Source: Candidatus Woesebacteria bacterium (GTDB lineage: Bacteria; Patescibacteriota; Microgenomatia; UBA8517). Taken from it: DNA of 64,000 nucleotides. A model generated the notes under the pieces. That model searched no databases. It worked only from the letters and a program-made list of their open reading frames with translations, and was not told the DNA's origin. Made by a program: the position numbers and the translations under genes. The stretch lies in the NCBI GenBank assembly GCA_963784785.1, contig CAWASW010000007.1, positions 66,394 through 130,393 on the forward strand. Direction: 5' to 3'. This document shows positions 48,038 to 57,540 of this stretch, one piece after another; the first letter of the stretch is position 1, and each line of letters opens with the position of its first letter.

Positions 48038-48233
48038 GATACCGTTGCATAAACGGTCACTTGTTTAGCCTTAAATGATTTGTTGTTTTTCGTTAAAATA
48101 ATAACACTTTCGTCCGATTACTCGGACAATGCTGAAATTGGTTGTAGAAGCGTTTACTTAGTGAAACTACCTTTTTAGGCCGAAAGTATAGTAAAATCAG
48201 TGTATTTTAGAAGACCGAAATGTAACGGTCTCG
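48038..48233 (+). repeat. 196-bp structured repeat, copy 1, immediately 3' of tRNA-Thr(UGU)
   Basis: Near-identical to 52319-52514 (2-3 mismatches); begins with hairpin accgttGCATAAaacggt and ends with hairpin gaccgAAATGTAAcggtc; contains a further hairpin gtccgaTTACtcggac. Confidence 0.8.
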
Positions 48234-48293
48234 CTCAAGAATACGGGATAATTTTATATTGACTTCGGTTATACTTCGTACTATATTTTATAT

Positions 48294-49085
48294 ATGCCCG
48301 CTCGATGGTCCAAAGAAGTTGAGCTTATTAAATTTAGAGAGTTATATGATTTATATGTAGTTCAAAACAAAACAATCGGTGAAATTGGTAAGATCTTGCA
48401 TTTGGCTGAGGCAACTGTTTACGATCGACTACTGAGACTTAACATAAAACCAAATCGTTCAGTTAAGAAAAATTACAATAATCAAAGAAGCGATATAACA
48501 ATTCCACACATTCATACAAGTGAACTCGCTGAATTTTTTGGCATTATGTTGGGTGATGGATGTATATCTCCTACTCAGGTTATGGTCACTTTGGGTAATA
48601 AAGAATTAGACTATGTAAAATACGTTTCCAAACTGATTACTAAGATTTTTAAAATAACACCTAGAATTTACATACGTAAACGTGGATATTATGTTGTATC
48701 TTTTGGATCTACAAAGGCTGTTATATGGCTTATAAATAACAATTTGGTTATGAATAAAGTTAAAAAACAAGTCAAGGCACCTGAGTGGGTTTTAGAAAAG
48801 AAAGTATTTGAACAAAACTTATTAAAAGGATTGTTTGATACTGATGGTTCTGTATATCGGGTACGTTTTGGTGTACAATTATCATTCTCGAACAGATCAT
48901 TGCCTTTATTAAAAGATGTTTTTAATAGTTTAACATTATTAAATTATCATCCATCTAAAATTAGCAGATCTCAAGTTTATTTAACGAGAAAGAAACAGGT
49001 TTTACGATTTTTTAAAGATATAAACCCTGCTAATATAAAACATAGACAAAGATTTGAAGAGTTTGTAAAATATTACGATAAATAG
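48294..49085 (+). CDS. Double-motif LAGLIDADG homing endonuclease
   Basis: Motif 1 FFGIMLGDGCIS and motif 2 LKGLFDTDGSVY ~100 aa apart; sits between two tRNA genes. Confidence 0.8.
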   Translation: MPARWSKEVELIKFRELYDLYVVQNKTIGEIGKILHLAEATVYDRLLRLNIKPNRSVKKNYNNQRSDITIPHIHTSELAEFFGIMLGDGCISPTQVMVTLGNKELDYVKYVSKLITKIFKITPRIYIRKRGYYVVSFGSTKAVIWLINNNLVMNKVKKQVKAPEWVLEKKVFEQNLLKGLFDTDGSVYRVRFGVQLSFSNRSLPLLKDVFNSLTLLNYHPSKISRSQVYLTRKKQVLRFFKDINPANIKHRQRFEEFVKYYDK

Positions 49086-49090
49086 TAAAA

Positions 49091-49173
49091 GCCAAGGTGG
49101 CTGAGTGGTCAAAAGCACGAGTCTGTAGAACTCGCTCCGCAAGGATACCTAGGTCCGAATCCTAGCCTTGGCA
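49091..49173 (+). tRNA. tRNA-Tyr (anticodon GUA) with a long variable arm
   Basis: Acceptor gccaagg/ccttggc, anticodon stem-loop cgagt-ctGTAga-actcg, T-arm ctagg-tccgaat-cctag. Confidence 0.8.
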
Positions 49174-49206
49174 CACTGTTTTAGAGTAATAAATTTGTTC
49201 TAATAA

Positions 49207-49811
49207 TCAGAACTCCACAGATTCAACAAACTCAAGAAGTTTTTCACCTATAGCTTGTTGCCAAAACATGTCTTGTTCTTCTTGTGTCATGTCTGCAATA
49301 TATTTGTTTGTAGCAAGGTCAATCTGGATACTTTCTAACGAGTATCCTGCTTGTTTGTTTGTAGTTGGAGTTGATACAAAAGTTCTTGGTGATTTTATGA
49401 TAGTTTCTTTATAATTACCTTCTGGAGTTGCAATACAAATTCCAAATTCCCGATATCCTTCTGCTTTACCTCCTAGATTATCAATTAATTTAGAGTAATA
49501 CTCAATCATTTCTTCATCTGTAGTTACTGTGTGCCCATCAATCCTTCTAACATTTAAGGCTGGTTGTTTATCATCAGTAACCCATTAATGTAGAGTGTAT
49601 TATCCATTGAAAAAACTGTCTTACCTAATGCTTTTGCATATATTAGTGCCTTCTTCCTTACATTTTCATTTGCGTTTTTTCCATCTTCAATAACTTCAGG
49701 AAGTAGTGATTTATCAGCAACGCCATTCACTTCAATACCACTAGGCGCCAAAGCTCCCCTAATTTGTTTTATCTTTGCTTCATTTGTAGTTCCAAAAATT
49801 AATTCTTTCAT
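49207..49811 (-). pseudogene. rdgB: Non-canonical purine NTP pyrophosphatase (RdgB/Ham1 family) with a frameshift near 49520-49555
   Basis: N-terminal piece LIFGTTNEAKIKQIRGAL (Ham1 start) and C-terminal piece in another frame; the junction reads ...YINGLL / TDDKQPALNVRRIDGHTVTTDEEMIEYYSKL across frames. Confidence 0.55.
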
Positions 49812-49830
49812 CCTCCAATTATTCCTATAT

Positions 49831-50331
49831 TTATTTTTTATTTTTTTCTACAAACTTTTCTACCCATGATGGCAAGTAACCTTTGTGCATATTATATATT
49901 TCAGGTTTGGAAATATCATTCCAATGAAGTACTTTTCTACAATTATCTGCTCCACATCTACATTCCCAATCATAGGCAATATCAGTTCCTTTTGCTTCAT
50001 CAATATCCGTAGTTGCATAGTCATATGTTAGTTCTTCACCTTTTTGCATATCTCTTTTGGCTGAAAGTTCGTTATCTGAAGTCCACCAAGTGTTAGCGTC
50101 ACAGCTGTGGTTCCATGATTCTCCCTTTCCCGTAGCTACAACAAAATTTCCATCACTATCTGGATATGCATCTTTTTTAGTTTCTTCTGGAAGTTCTTCC
50201 CATTCCTCTTTTGTATATTTTTCAGTTTTTGTTAACTTCCAAATTAAAGTATCTTTTGGAATAAACTCTGAAGCAAATACACCATTTCCTTTGTTTGAAA
50301 TTTCTTTTTCATAAACAGAAACATACATCAT
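49831..50331 (-). CDS. SET-domain protein (putative lysine methyltransferase)
   Basis: NHSCDANT (NHSCxPN), ELTYDY, and post-SET Cys cluster CRCGADNCRK. Confidence 0.8.
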   Translation of the reverse strand: MMYVSVYEKEISNKGNGVFASEFIPKDTLIWKLTKTEKYTKEEWEELPEETKKDAYPDSDGNFVVATGKGESWNHSCDANTWWTSDNELSAKRDMQKGEELTYDYATTDIDEAKGTDIAYDWECRCGADNCRKVLHWNDISKPEIYNMHKGYLPSWVEKFVEKNKK

Positions 50332-50347
50332 ATTCAGTGAGTTTATA

Positions 50348-50739
50348 TTAAAAAGATTCTCTTATAACTTCAAACATTTTTCTATGCCCATTATCATTTG
50401 GGTGAAGACCATCCGCAAAATCTTTCTGCTCAAGACAGCCAACAAGAGATACAAATCTGCAATTATTTTTATCGGCAATTACATTTAATATCTTGTCATA
50501 ATTTTTAACCCTATTTAAATCATATGATTTGCCTTTTGAACTTTCTGGAAATGGTTTCAAGAGTGAATCGTCCCCTAGTGTTAATCCAATAAATGTAATA
50601 TTTTTACTAAAACTTTTAGCATCCCTAATTAAACTTTCAACATTCTTTATAAATATTTCCTGATTAAATCTACCCAGCTATTTTTAATATAAGCTGCTTG
50701 GGTGACGCTATCTCCAAATACGCGATAAGTTTTGTCCAT
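50348..50739 (-). pseudogene. SGNH/GDSL-family hydrolase with a frameshift near 50640-50660
   Basis: Block I FGDSVTQ in the N-terminal frame (MDKTYRVFGDSVTQ...RKYL*) and block V DGLHPNDNGH in the C-terminal ORF (50348-50560) in a different frame. Confidence 0.5.
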
Positions 50740-50789
50740 GATGCTTTTCAGATTATATTACTAGAGGATTTACAAAACCACCACTTTTT

Positions 50790-51245
50790 CTATCTCTCGA
50801 GGTTGGTCTTTTTTACCAATTTAGCAACATAGACGATCTTTCTAAGTTCTCCATCTTCACCTTCAATCTCACTAGACCCTGTAAGTCTCTGATATTCTGA
50901 CAAATAAGTGGATAGGGCTTCCTGTGCTTCTTTTAATTCGTTCTTCATCTCAGTCACTTTGTCATTTGCCATCTTGCCCTCGGGAGTTGAAAGAATCTTC
51001 GCTTTTACATCTGATTTTTTCTTACTTGCCTCTTTAGCTTCTTTGTCTGCAATTTGATATTCCTCGTTATTACTAAAAAGATCATTAAGCATTTCCTTCA
51101 CAGGTTTTAAGTCTTCTTTGACTCGAGCTATACGGGATATTAGCGTTTTTATAAGTGACTCAACTGAAAGCTGAGTTTTAACGGTATCTGGAACGATATC
51201 TGTTACTTCTGGGTCCAATTCGTTTAACTGATTATTATCATCCAT
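50790..51245 (-). CDS. Hypothetical acidic coiled-coil protein
   Basis: ORF. Confidence 0.4.
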   Translation of the reverse strand: MDDNNQLNELDPEVTDIVPDTVKTQLSVESLIKTLISRIARVKEDLKPVKEMLNDLFSNNEEYQIADKEAKEASKKKSDVKAKILSTPEGKMANDKVTEMKNELKEAQEALSTYLSEYQRLTGSSEIEGEDGELRKIVYVAKLVKKTNLER

Positions 51246-51306
51246 GGCCTAATAAAGTTACACAAATCTGTTATAACAAGCAATAGGCTTTTTTAAAATT
51301 AGGTGA

Positions 51307-52296
51307 CTATTCAAAAACTGGTTGACCGATTTTTGGAATATAAGTTTTAAATTCCTCGCGCTTTACTAATTTTTTATCTTCAAATGTCATTTTAACCACT
51401 AATCCTTTTTTAGTTTCTTCACTCCACATTTGATCAAATATAAAGTTACCCAAAGAATAATACACAGGGGCATTCCCGATTATCTCAAAATTTTGCACCC
51501 AATGTGGATGATGGCCAATTATTATATCCGCCCCACTTTCAATCATTTGTTTTGCAACTATACGCTGTACGCTATTCGCCACTGCCTTGTATTCTTCCCC
51601 CCAATGTGGACTAGTAATAAGAACATCGACTAATTTATCACTACTAGCGATTAGATCTTGGTCACTTGTAGTAAATTTATTTGAGACTAAATCAAAACCT
51701 AAAAAACCAAACTTAACACCATTCTTTTCAATTATCTCCAAGTTCTCATAACCCACTGATTTAATTCCAATATTACTTAAGTTTTTCTTAGTCTCTTCAA
51801 AACCTTTGTTACCATAATTATTAGTGTGATTGTTTGCTAAGGTCACGATATCAATACCAGAATTAGTCAACCCCTGAGCGATCTCAGGACTGGTGCAAAA
51901 CGAGAAGCTTCCTTTATACTGCCTAGGACAGTCCTTAATAACTGCATTTTCAAGATTTCCAAAAGTAATGTCGGCATTTGACAAAAAGCCTTGGACATTT
52001 CTAAAAGGATATAAATAGTCATTTTTATCAATCGCCTCCCCCATTACAGAGCGGCCAAGCATGATATCACCAGTGAAAATAAGAGTTGCTTGGTCAGTTG
52101 GAGGATTAGTTAATTGGACAAACGAAACTGGCACAAGAGCGATCAAAAACGCAATTAGGGAAGAAATTAGATTATTAAGCATGATATAATCATACCACTC
52201 TAATCGCCTAGATAAGAAAATCTTGTCTATGTATATGATGCCTAGATAGCTCAGTGGTAGAGCACCAACTTGGTAAGTTGGGGGTCGTGAGTCCAA
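51307..52296 (-). CDS. CapA/PgsA-family metallophosphoesterase (poly-gamma-glutamate capsule-type)
   Basis: N-terminal TM, GDIMLGR, FGNLEN, GHHPHW motifs. Confidence 0.8.
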   Translation of the reverse strand: MDSRPPTYQVGALPLSYLGIIYIDKIFLSRRLEWYDYIMLNNLISSLIAFLIALVPVSFVQLTNPPTDQATLIFTGDIMLGRSVMGEAIDKNDYLYPFRNVQGFLSNADITFGNLENAVIKDCPRQYKGSFSFCTSPEIAQGLTNSGIDIVTLANNHTNNYGNKGFEETKKNLSNIGIKSVGYENLEIIEKNGVKFGFLGFDLVSNKFTTSDQDLIASSDKLVDVLITSPHWGEEYKAVANSVQRIVAKQMIESGADIIIGHHPHWVQNFEIIGNAPVYYSLGNFIFDQMWSEETKKGLVVKMTFEDKKLVKREEFKTYIPKIGQPVFE

Positions 52297-52311
52297 TCCT
52301 CACTCTAGGCT
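52240..52311 (+). tRNA. tRNA-Thr (anticodon GGU)
   Basis: Acceptor gcctaga/tctaggc perfect, anticodon stem-loop ccaac-ttGGTaa-gttgg, T-arm cgtgagtccaatcctcac. Confidence 0.85.
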
Positions 52312-52318
52312 CAACCGA

Positions 52319-52514
52319 GATACCGTTGCATAAACGGTCACTTGTTTAGCCTTAAATGATTTGTTGTTTTTCGTTAAAATAATAACACTTTCGTCCGATT
52401 ACTCGGACAATGCTGAAATTGGTTGTAGAAGCGTTTACTTAGTGAAACTACCTTTTTAGGCCGAAAGTATAGTAAAATCAGTGTGTTTTAGGAGACCGAA
52501 ATGTAACGGTCTCG
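52319..52514 (+). repeat. 196-bp structured repeat, copy 2, immediately 3' of tRNA-Thr(GGU)
   Basis: See copy 1; starts 7 nt after the tRNA 3' end. Confidence 0.8.
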
Positions 52515-52574
52515 ACTTTTTTAGGCTCAAAATTGAGGCTGGATTGAATTTTATTATGGTGTTAAAATAACTAT

Positions 52575-52760
52575 ATGGCAAAAAAGGGAGCAAGAGAAAT
52601 CGTAGCAATGATCTGTCCAACCTGTAAAGCACAAAACTATGTGACAGACAGGAATAAGGTTAATATGGATACAAAAGGTAAAGGGAAATTAGAACTTAAA
52701 AAATGGTGCCAAGTTTGTAAAAAACAAACACTTCATAAAGAATCCTCAAAACTTAAGTAA
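52575..52760 (+). CDS. rpmG: 50S ribosomal protein L33
   Basis: MAKKGAREIVAM.CPTCK..NY...KNK.N....LELKKWC..CKK.TLHKE is the L33 zinc-ribbon pattern. Confidence 0.85.
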   Translation: MAKKGAREIVAMICPTCKAQNYVTDRNKVNMDTKGKGKLELKKWCQVCKKQTLHKESSKLK

Positions 52761-52858
52761 GAATATCTTGCTTTTGCAAAGTAAGTATTTAGATATAACT
52801 AAGTTACTATTCAGATATACAATTAGGTATATTTTTTTATTTATTCAGGTCGGGGGGT

Positions 52859-52932
52859 GGCAAGGCTGGAGGGAATCGAACCCCCACTAAAAGATTTGGA
52901 GTCTTTTGGTCTACCATTAACCTACAGCCTTA
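52859..52932 (-). tRNA. tRNA-Trp (anticodon CCA), genomically encoded CCA end
   Basis: Revcomp gives acceptor aaggctg/cagcctt, anticodon stem-loop aaaga-ctCCAaa-tcttt, T-arm ggggg-ttcgatt-ccctc, then gCCA. Confidence 0.8.
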
Positions 52933-53575
52933 TACTATTGGCAAAGGTATTATATAGGGAAGCAAGTTCATGAGCAACTTTATAGTCATAATATGTAACA
53001 TGAAGACTTCCCATATAATTTTCTCTTTTTCGCTTTCCTGTATGAGGTTTTAAATAGCTTTTGTTAAATTTATTAAGTGGAATGTTAGTTACTCTTGACC
53101 AAAATTTGAGGATCTCCGTTTCATTATGATATTTGTGAATATGAACTATTGCCCTAAATTTTTCTTCATCTAACTTAAATGACTTTCTTAGAGCATACAT
53201 AAAAGTCGATATCATTTTTGGGTCTGAATTGGTAAAACCTAGTCTTGTAAATCCCCCTTTTTCACCCTCTGTCCAAATAAATATAGCTGCAATTAATTTA
53301 AGAAGCGATGTCGTCATTTTAATTTTCTTAAACGATGACATTGCTTTATTCGACACCTCGTTCAAAACAAGTTTCCTACGATTACTAATTGTTTTAAATG
53401 CTCTTTTTCTAGCTGTATCTTGCCTATCTCGAATGATCTTTTTACCTGACTCTGTGATCTTTTCCTTCGAAGTCCAGAGTGAAGCTGTGCTTTTAGCTAT
53501 TTTTAACTCGGAAGAAATTTGGCCTAATGAGTAACCAGATCGCCTTAATAGTTTAGCTTTTTTTAACTACATTGC
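52922..53575 (-). pseudogene. HTH-containing endonuclease-like gene remnant (no canonical start for the HTH portion)
   Basis: Open frame upstream of the 147-aa ORF encodes LKKAKLLRRSGYSLGQISSELKIAKSTASLW (HTH) but is preceded by ATG-TAG; the downstream part carries a degenerate GxxxGEKGG segment. Function uncertain. Confidence 0.3.
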
Positions 53576-53654
53576 TTTTATATACATAGGTTATGTAAAT
53601 TAACTATACTGTTCGTTTTAAGTAGTGTCGACACAAACGATAGAAGTGTAAAAT

Positions 53655-54083
53655 ATGATAATGAAAATAGTTCTTGTAGGTGGATGTTTTGATATTCTTC
53701 ACATAGGTCATGTAAAGTTTTTAAAAAAGGCCAAAAGTTTTGGTGATTATTTAATTGTTCTATTAGAATCTGATGTAAACATTAAAAAACTTAAAGGCCC
53801 CACTCGCCCAATTCAAAATGAATTACAAAGAAAAGAAATTCTTTCTAGTTTAAAGTATGTTGATAAAATAATTATGGTACCAAAAAATGCCACTCACGAA
53901 ACATATCACAAATTAATAAAAAAAATTAAACCAAACATAATGGCAATTACCCAAGGTGATCCAATTAAACATTTAAAACTCATGCAAGCCAAATCAGTCG
54001 GAGCTAAATTAAAAGTAATTAAAATGTTTGGAGATTTATCTACTACAAAAATTATTGAAGGACTTACGGAGAGCGGAGACTGA
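53655..54083 (+). CDS. Cytidylyltransferase-fold nucleotidyltransferase (TagD / RfaE-domain-II-like)
   Basis: GGCFDILHIGH (H-x-G-H) at the N-terminus; ~140 aa. Confidence 0.75.
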   Translation: MIMKIVLVGGCFDILHIGHVKFLKKAKSFGDYLIVLLESDVNIKKLKGPTRPIQNELQRKEILSSLKYVDKIIMVPKNATHETYHKLIKKIKPNIMAITQGDPIKHLKLMQAKSVGAKLKVIKMFGDLSTTKIIEGLTESGD

Positions 54084-54166
54084 TTTTTTTGTTGATTTTC
54101 TAAATTTTTTGCTGGTGCAATTACTTGCAAAAAATTTAAAAACTATCAGTCCCCACTCTCTTTCTT

Positions 54167-54367
54167 CTACTTCTTTTCCTCCTCTTTTTTTTCTTCCGCG
54201 GGCGGATTCGCCGGGACAGGGGTAAATGTCATTCGTGAATTGGTGATGTTACTCAGCCAAACACCCATCGACATCGATGGTTTTTTCGGATAACAAGCGG
54301 GGCAAATCTTTATGCTCCCTTTCTTACCGTTCGGGCAAATACAGCCAGACATTTTGACCTCCGTCAA
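54167..54367 (-). CDS. Possible small zinc-ribbon protein (low confidence)
   Basis: C-I-C-P...C-P-A-C spacing; sits in a locally GC-richer region. Confidence 0.25.
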   Translation of the reverse strand: MTEVKMSGCICPNGKKGSIKICPACYPKKPSMSMGVWLSNITNSRMTFTPVPANPPAEEKKEEEKK

Positions 54368-54531
54368 AAAAATAAATTTCCTCAGCTAACGCTTTGGTAA
54401 AAAGAATTATAGGTTAAAATAAATTTTTTGCAAGACCCTCCCTAACTACCTATAGCAAATTTTTAAACTTTTGTTATAATCCTAATCGTCGTAAGTTCAA
54501 AATCTTTTATTTTGCTTAGGAGGCAAAAAAT

Positions 54532-54663
54532 GTCTGGAAAAGGTTTGTTAAAAAGTATCAAGGAATCATATCGCAAATGGAAAGCACGCCGCCGTGACAA
54601 AAACGGAAAAAAGGCGCTCGCCAATATCGGCAAGGTCAGCGGCAAGAAAAAGAACGGATCGTA
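54532..54663 (+). CDS. Small basic ORF (43 aa) with a strong SD
   Basis: taggaggcaaaaaATG; MSGKGLLKSIKESYRKWKARRRDKNGKKALANIGKVSGKKKNGS; not in the ORF track (<60 aa). Confidence 0.3.
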
Positions 54664-54782
54664 ATTGATCGATTGGATTGAGAGAAGTGATTTAGGAATC
54701 GGAAAAATTGCAAAATTGCGCAAAAAATCCGAATCAATATCCTAAATATCAGCTCTCAATCCAAGTAAGTCCCCCACAAAAC

Positions 54783-54819
54783 AGATTGCTTCTCCACCCA
54801 AGGCGGATCGCAATGACAC
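54783..54819. repeat. 37-bp GC-richer intergenic repeat, copy 2 (upstream of gmd)
   Basis: AGATTGCTTCTCCACCCAAGGCGGATCGCAATGACAC; 2 mismatches to copy 1. Confidence 0.55.
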
Positions 54820-54875
54820 CCATGAATTTATTTTCGCAATGACACTGGAGATTACTACGAAGTAGCAAGCTACGC

Positions 54876-55889
54876 TTACTTAAGTCTTGCAAGGTGGGCA
54901 TCAACCATGAGGGCTACTAACTCTTTGAATTTTGTTTTTGGCTCCCAGCCCAAAATTTCTTTGGCTTTGGCAGGATTACCAATTAGAGGTCCTGTTTCAG
55001 TAGGCCTGATAAACCTTTTATCAATTGTTACGTGATCTTCATAATTTAAACCTACATATTTATATGCCTCTTCACATAATTCTTGAATTGAATGTGTCTC
55101 CCCTGTTGCAAGTACAAAGTCATCTGCTTTTTCAGCTTGCATCATTCTCCACATGCCTTCTACATAATCACCTGCAAAGCCCCAATCTCTTTTTGCTTCC
55201 ATGTTTCCAAGTTGTACTTTTCCATCCTTTACTATTGGTTCACCCTCTTCATTTAAATGATTTGAGGTTCTAATTTCAAGCTTTGCACAAGCTGCTGCAT
55301 AAGTTACCTTTTGAGTTACGAAGCCTAGATGTCTTCTTGGTGACTCATGATTAAACAAAATTCCATTTGTGGCAAACATGTTGTAACTCTCTCTATAGAT
55401 CTTTGTCATACAAAAAGCATAAAGCTTGGCTGCAGCATAAGGATTAGCAGGATTAAATGGAGTTGTTTCTGTCTGTGGGATTTCTCTAACCCATCCAAAC
55501 ATTTCAGATGAACTTGCTTGGTAGAATTTAGTCTTTGGATTAACATCAAGTGTGGCGTCAAGTACCCTATGTGCTCCAATTCCTGTAATCTCTGCTGTGT
55601 GAATTGGTTGTTTAAATGATTCTGATGGATGAGATTGAGATGCAAGATTATAAACTTCATCTGGCTCTACCTTTTGGATAATTTCTCTTAAGGATACTGG
55701 ATCTAATAAATCTCCTTGAAATAATTTCAAACTTTCTTGAATATGACCAATGTTGGCATAGTCCTCATGAGATGTTTTTCTAACTATGCCTGCTACCTCA
55801 TACCCTTTGCCTAAAAGTAACTCAGCCAAGTACGATCCATCTTGACCTGTGATCCCTGTAATTAATGCTTTTTTGTTAGCCATTGACAA
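54876..55889 (-). CDS. gmd: GDP-mannose 4,6-dehydratase
   Basis: ALITGITGQDGSYLAELLL, catalytic S...YxxxK region. Confidence 0.9.
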   Translation of the reverse strand: MSMANKKALITGITGQDGSYLAELLLGKGYEVAGIVRKTSHEDYANIGHIQESLKLFQGDLLDPVSLREIIQKVEPDEVYNLASQSHPSESFKQPIHTAEITGIGAHRVLDATLDVNPKTKFYQASSSEMFGWVREIPQTETTPFNPANPYAAAKLYAFCMTKIYRESYNMFATNGILFNHESPRRHLGFVTQKVTYAAACAKLEIRTSNHLNEEGEPIVKDGKVQLGNMEAKRDWGFAGDYVEGMWRMMQAEKADDFVLATGETHSIQELCEEAYKYVGLNYEDHVTIDKRFIRPTETGPLIGNPAKAKEILGWEPKTKFKELVALMVDAHLARLK

Positions 55890-55906
55890 TATAATAGCAT
55901 ATTTCT

Positions 55907-56674
55907 ATGATGTATATAATGGCATCATTAAAATCAAGAAATCTTCTAATCTTAGGTCTCATTCTAGCAATGTTTGTTGCCCTTCCACTTTTTGTCTGGT
56001 CATTAATTAATATAAATTTGGATATCAGAGAGAGAGCTTTTATACCTCAATGTATGCCACGGCCAGCTTGTCTTGATGAAAGACCTCATCCATGTCAGAT
56101 ATCAGAACCAGAAGCTGGTTGGTGCCCTGCTGGTACTGCCACCGCAGTTTCTACAGCCACTGCAATTGCAACAGCAACATCAATTGCAACTTCGACAGCA
56201 ACAGCATTACCAACAGATAGTCCAGTTGGAGGAAATGATAATGCAAATTCTTGTGGAGGAACCTGTGGCAGTAATTACAACTGTAAAGCAAATTTATATT
56301 GCTATAGAGGGTACTGCAGAAATCCATTCTGTTCAGAAAATAGCACCTGTGACTGTTCAAATGTTGGTGCTACTCCAACTGTTAAACCAACAGTTAAACC
56401 AACTGTCAAGTCATCAATCAAACCATTTGCAGGTCTTAGTTCATCAAGCCCAAAGACAACTGCAAAATCGACATCTGTTGCATCAGAATCATCTCGACCA
56501 TTAGACAAATTTAATACAGATTCTGTTACAACCCCTAAAAACATGTTTTGGTTAAATAACGCAATGTATATCTTCTTAGGATTCTTGTTACTTGTCATCA
56601 CTACAATTTATTATGCTGTAAAAAGAAACAAGAGTAATAGTATTCCCCGAATAATGCCACCTACAAATATCTAA
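55907..56674 (+). CDS. Cys-rich membrane-anchored surface protein, paralog of 13752-14810
   Basis: Signal anchor, Thr/Ala-rich linker, module SCGGTCGSNYNCKANLYCYRGYCRNPFCSENSTCDCS, C-terminal TM. Confidence 0.6.
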   Translation: MMYIMASLKSRNLLILGLILAMFVALPLFVWSLININLDIRERAFIPQCMPRPACLDERPHPCQISEPEAGWCPAGTATAVSTATAIATATSIATSTATALPTDSPVGGNDNANSCGGTCGSNYNCKANLYCYRGYCRNPFCSENSTCDCSNVGATPTVKPTVKPTVKSSIKPFAGLSSSSPKTTAKSTSVASESSRPLDKFNTDSVTTPKNMFWLNNAMYIFLGFLLLVITTIYYAVKRNKSNSIPRIMPPTNI

Positions 56675-56732
56675 TTTATTATGTTAGAATAGGTCTCAAT
56701 GTTTAATTTGGAAGGAGGCGAGTTTTCAATAT

Positions 56733-56927
56733 ATGTTTATAGTAACAAAAAAACAAGGAGAGTCAGACGACTCATTAGTAGCAAGATTTCGCAAAAAGAC
56801 TTTAATGTCTGGTCTTTTGTTGGAGCTTAGAGACAGAGAAAGATTTAAGAAACCTTCTGAAAAAAGAAAAGAGAAGAAATACAAACTTAACTTTGCCAGA
56901 ATGTTGGAAAAGAAAAGAAACTATTAA
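56733..56927 (+). CDS. rpsU: 30S ribosomal protein S21
   Basis: ~64 aa basic; SLVARFRKK...LLELRDRERFKKPSEKRKEKK matches the S21 pattern. Confidence 0.75.
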   Translation: MFIVTKKQGESDDSLVARFRKKTLMSGLLLELRDRERFKKPSEKRKEKKYKLNFARMLEKKRNY

Positions 56928-56929
56928 AA

Positions 56930-57355
56930 ATGGAAAACAATAAACTCGTTGTTAACCCTGCGCAAGAATATGTTAATAGTCTTTTTACTGAATCCTTGAT
57001 TGGGAACAATAATAAATTAGTTCTTGTAGATGGAAAATATAAAGATATAGAAATTAAACAACTGTGTCTTAAAAGTTCTGATGAAAAAATACATCCGGTA
57101 TCTATAGCTGAAAATTTAGTTTTGGTCGGTCTTGTAGATGAGCCTGTTGAGTTTTCTGATATTATTTGGAATAGTGAATCAGCAACACCAATTAAGCTAA
57201 AGGAGGCTGTCGAACAAGGTAGATTGCCAAAAGATTCGAAAAAAGGTGTCTTGGCAATAGTTGCCACAGCTGAGAGAATTAAAGGGACAAGTCAATTTGA
57301 CATAAATAATAAAGTGTTTGAGGAACAAAAAAAGATTGAGAAATTATTAAAATGA
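56930..57355 (+). CDS. Hypothetical protein
   Basis: ORF between rpsU and secE. Confidence 0.4.
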   Translation: MENNKLVVNPAQEYVNSLFTESLIGNNNKLVLVDGKYKDIEIKQLCLKSSDEKIHPVSIAENLVLVGLVDEPVEFSDIIWNSESATPIKLKEAVEQGRLPKDSKKGVLAIVATAERIKGTSQFDINNKVFEEQKKIEKLLK

Positions 57356-57534
57356 AGACAGCCGTCAATTTTCTCACTGAAGTCAAACCTGAGCTTGAAA
57401 AAGTCACTTGGCCAAAACGAAATGTCGTGATAAACTACCTAGGTCTAGTTATAACTATATCTGTAGTTGTAGCATTTTTTGTAGGAAGTGTAGATTACGG
57501 TCTTACCAAGGGTTTAGAATATTTTTTAAAATAA
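57352..57534 (+). CDS. secE: Preprotein translocase subunit SecE
   Basis: 60 aa, single C-terminal TM, KVTWPKR motif, immediately upstream of nusG. Confidence 0.8.
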   Translation: MKTAVNFLTEVKPELEKVTWPKRNVVINYLGLVITISVVVAFFVGSVDYGLTKGLEYFLK

Positions 57535-57540
57535 GATAAT

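Noticed and set aside
47954-52311. Group I intron inside the tRNA genes (suggested by the nearby LAGLIDADG gene)
   Set aside because: All four tRNAs fold into uninterrupted cloverleaves with canonical anticodon loops. The repeat lies 3' of the mature tRNA, not in the anticodon loop.
54100-54900. GC-richer island as a horizontally acquired segment encoding a small zinc-ribbon protein
   Set aside because: The ORFs there are tiny and unsupported. The elevated GC is better explained by the repeat elements it contains. It is kept only as low-confidence features.
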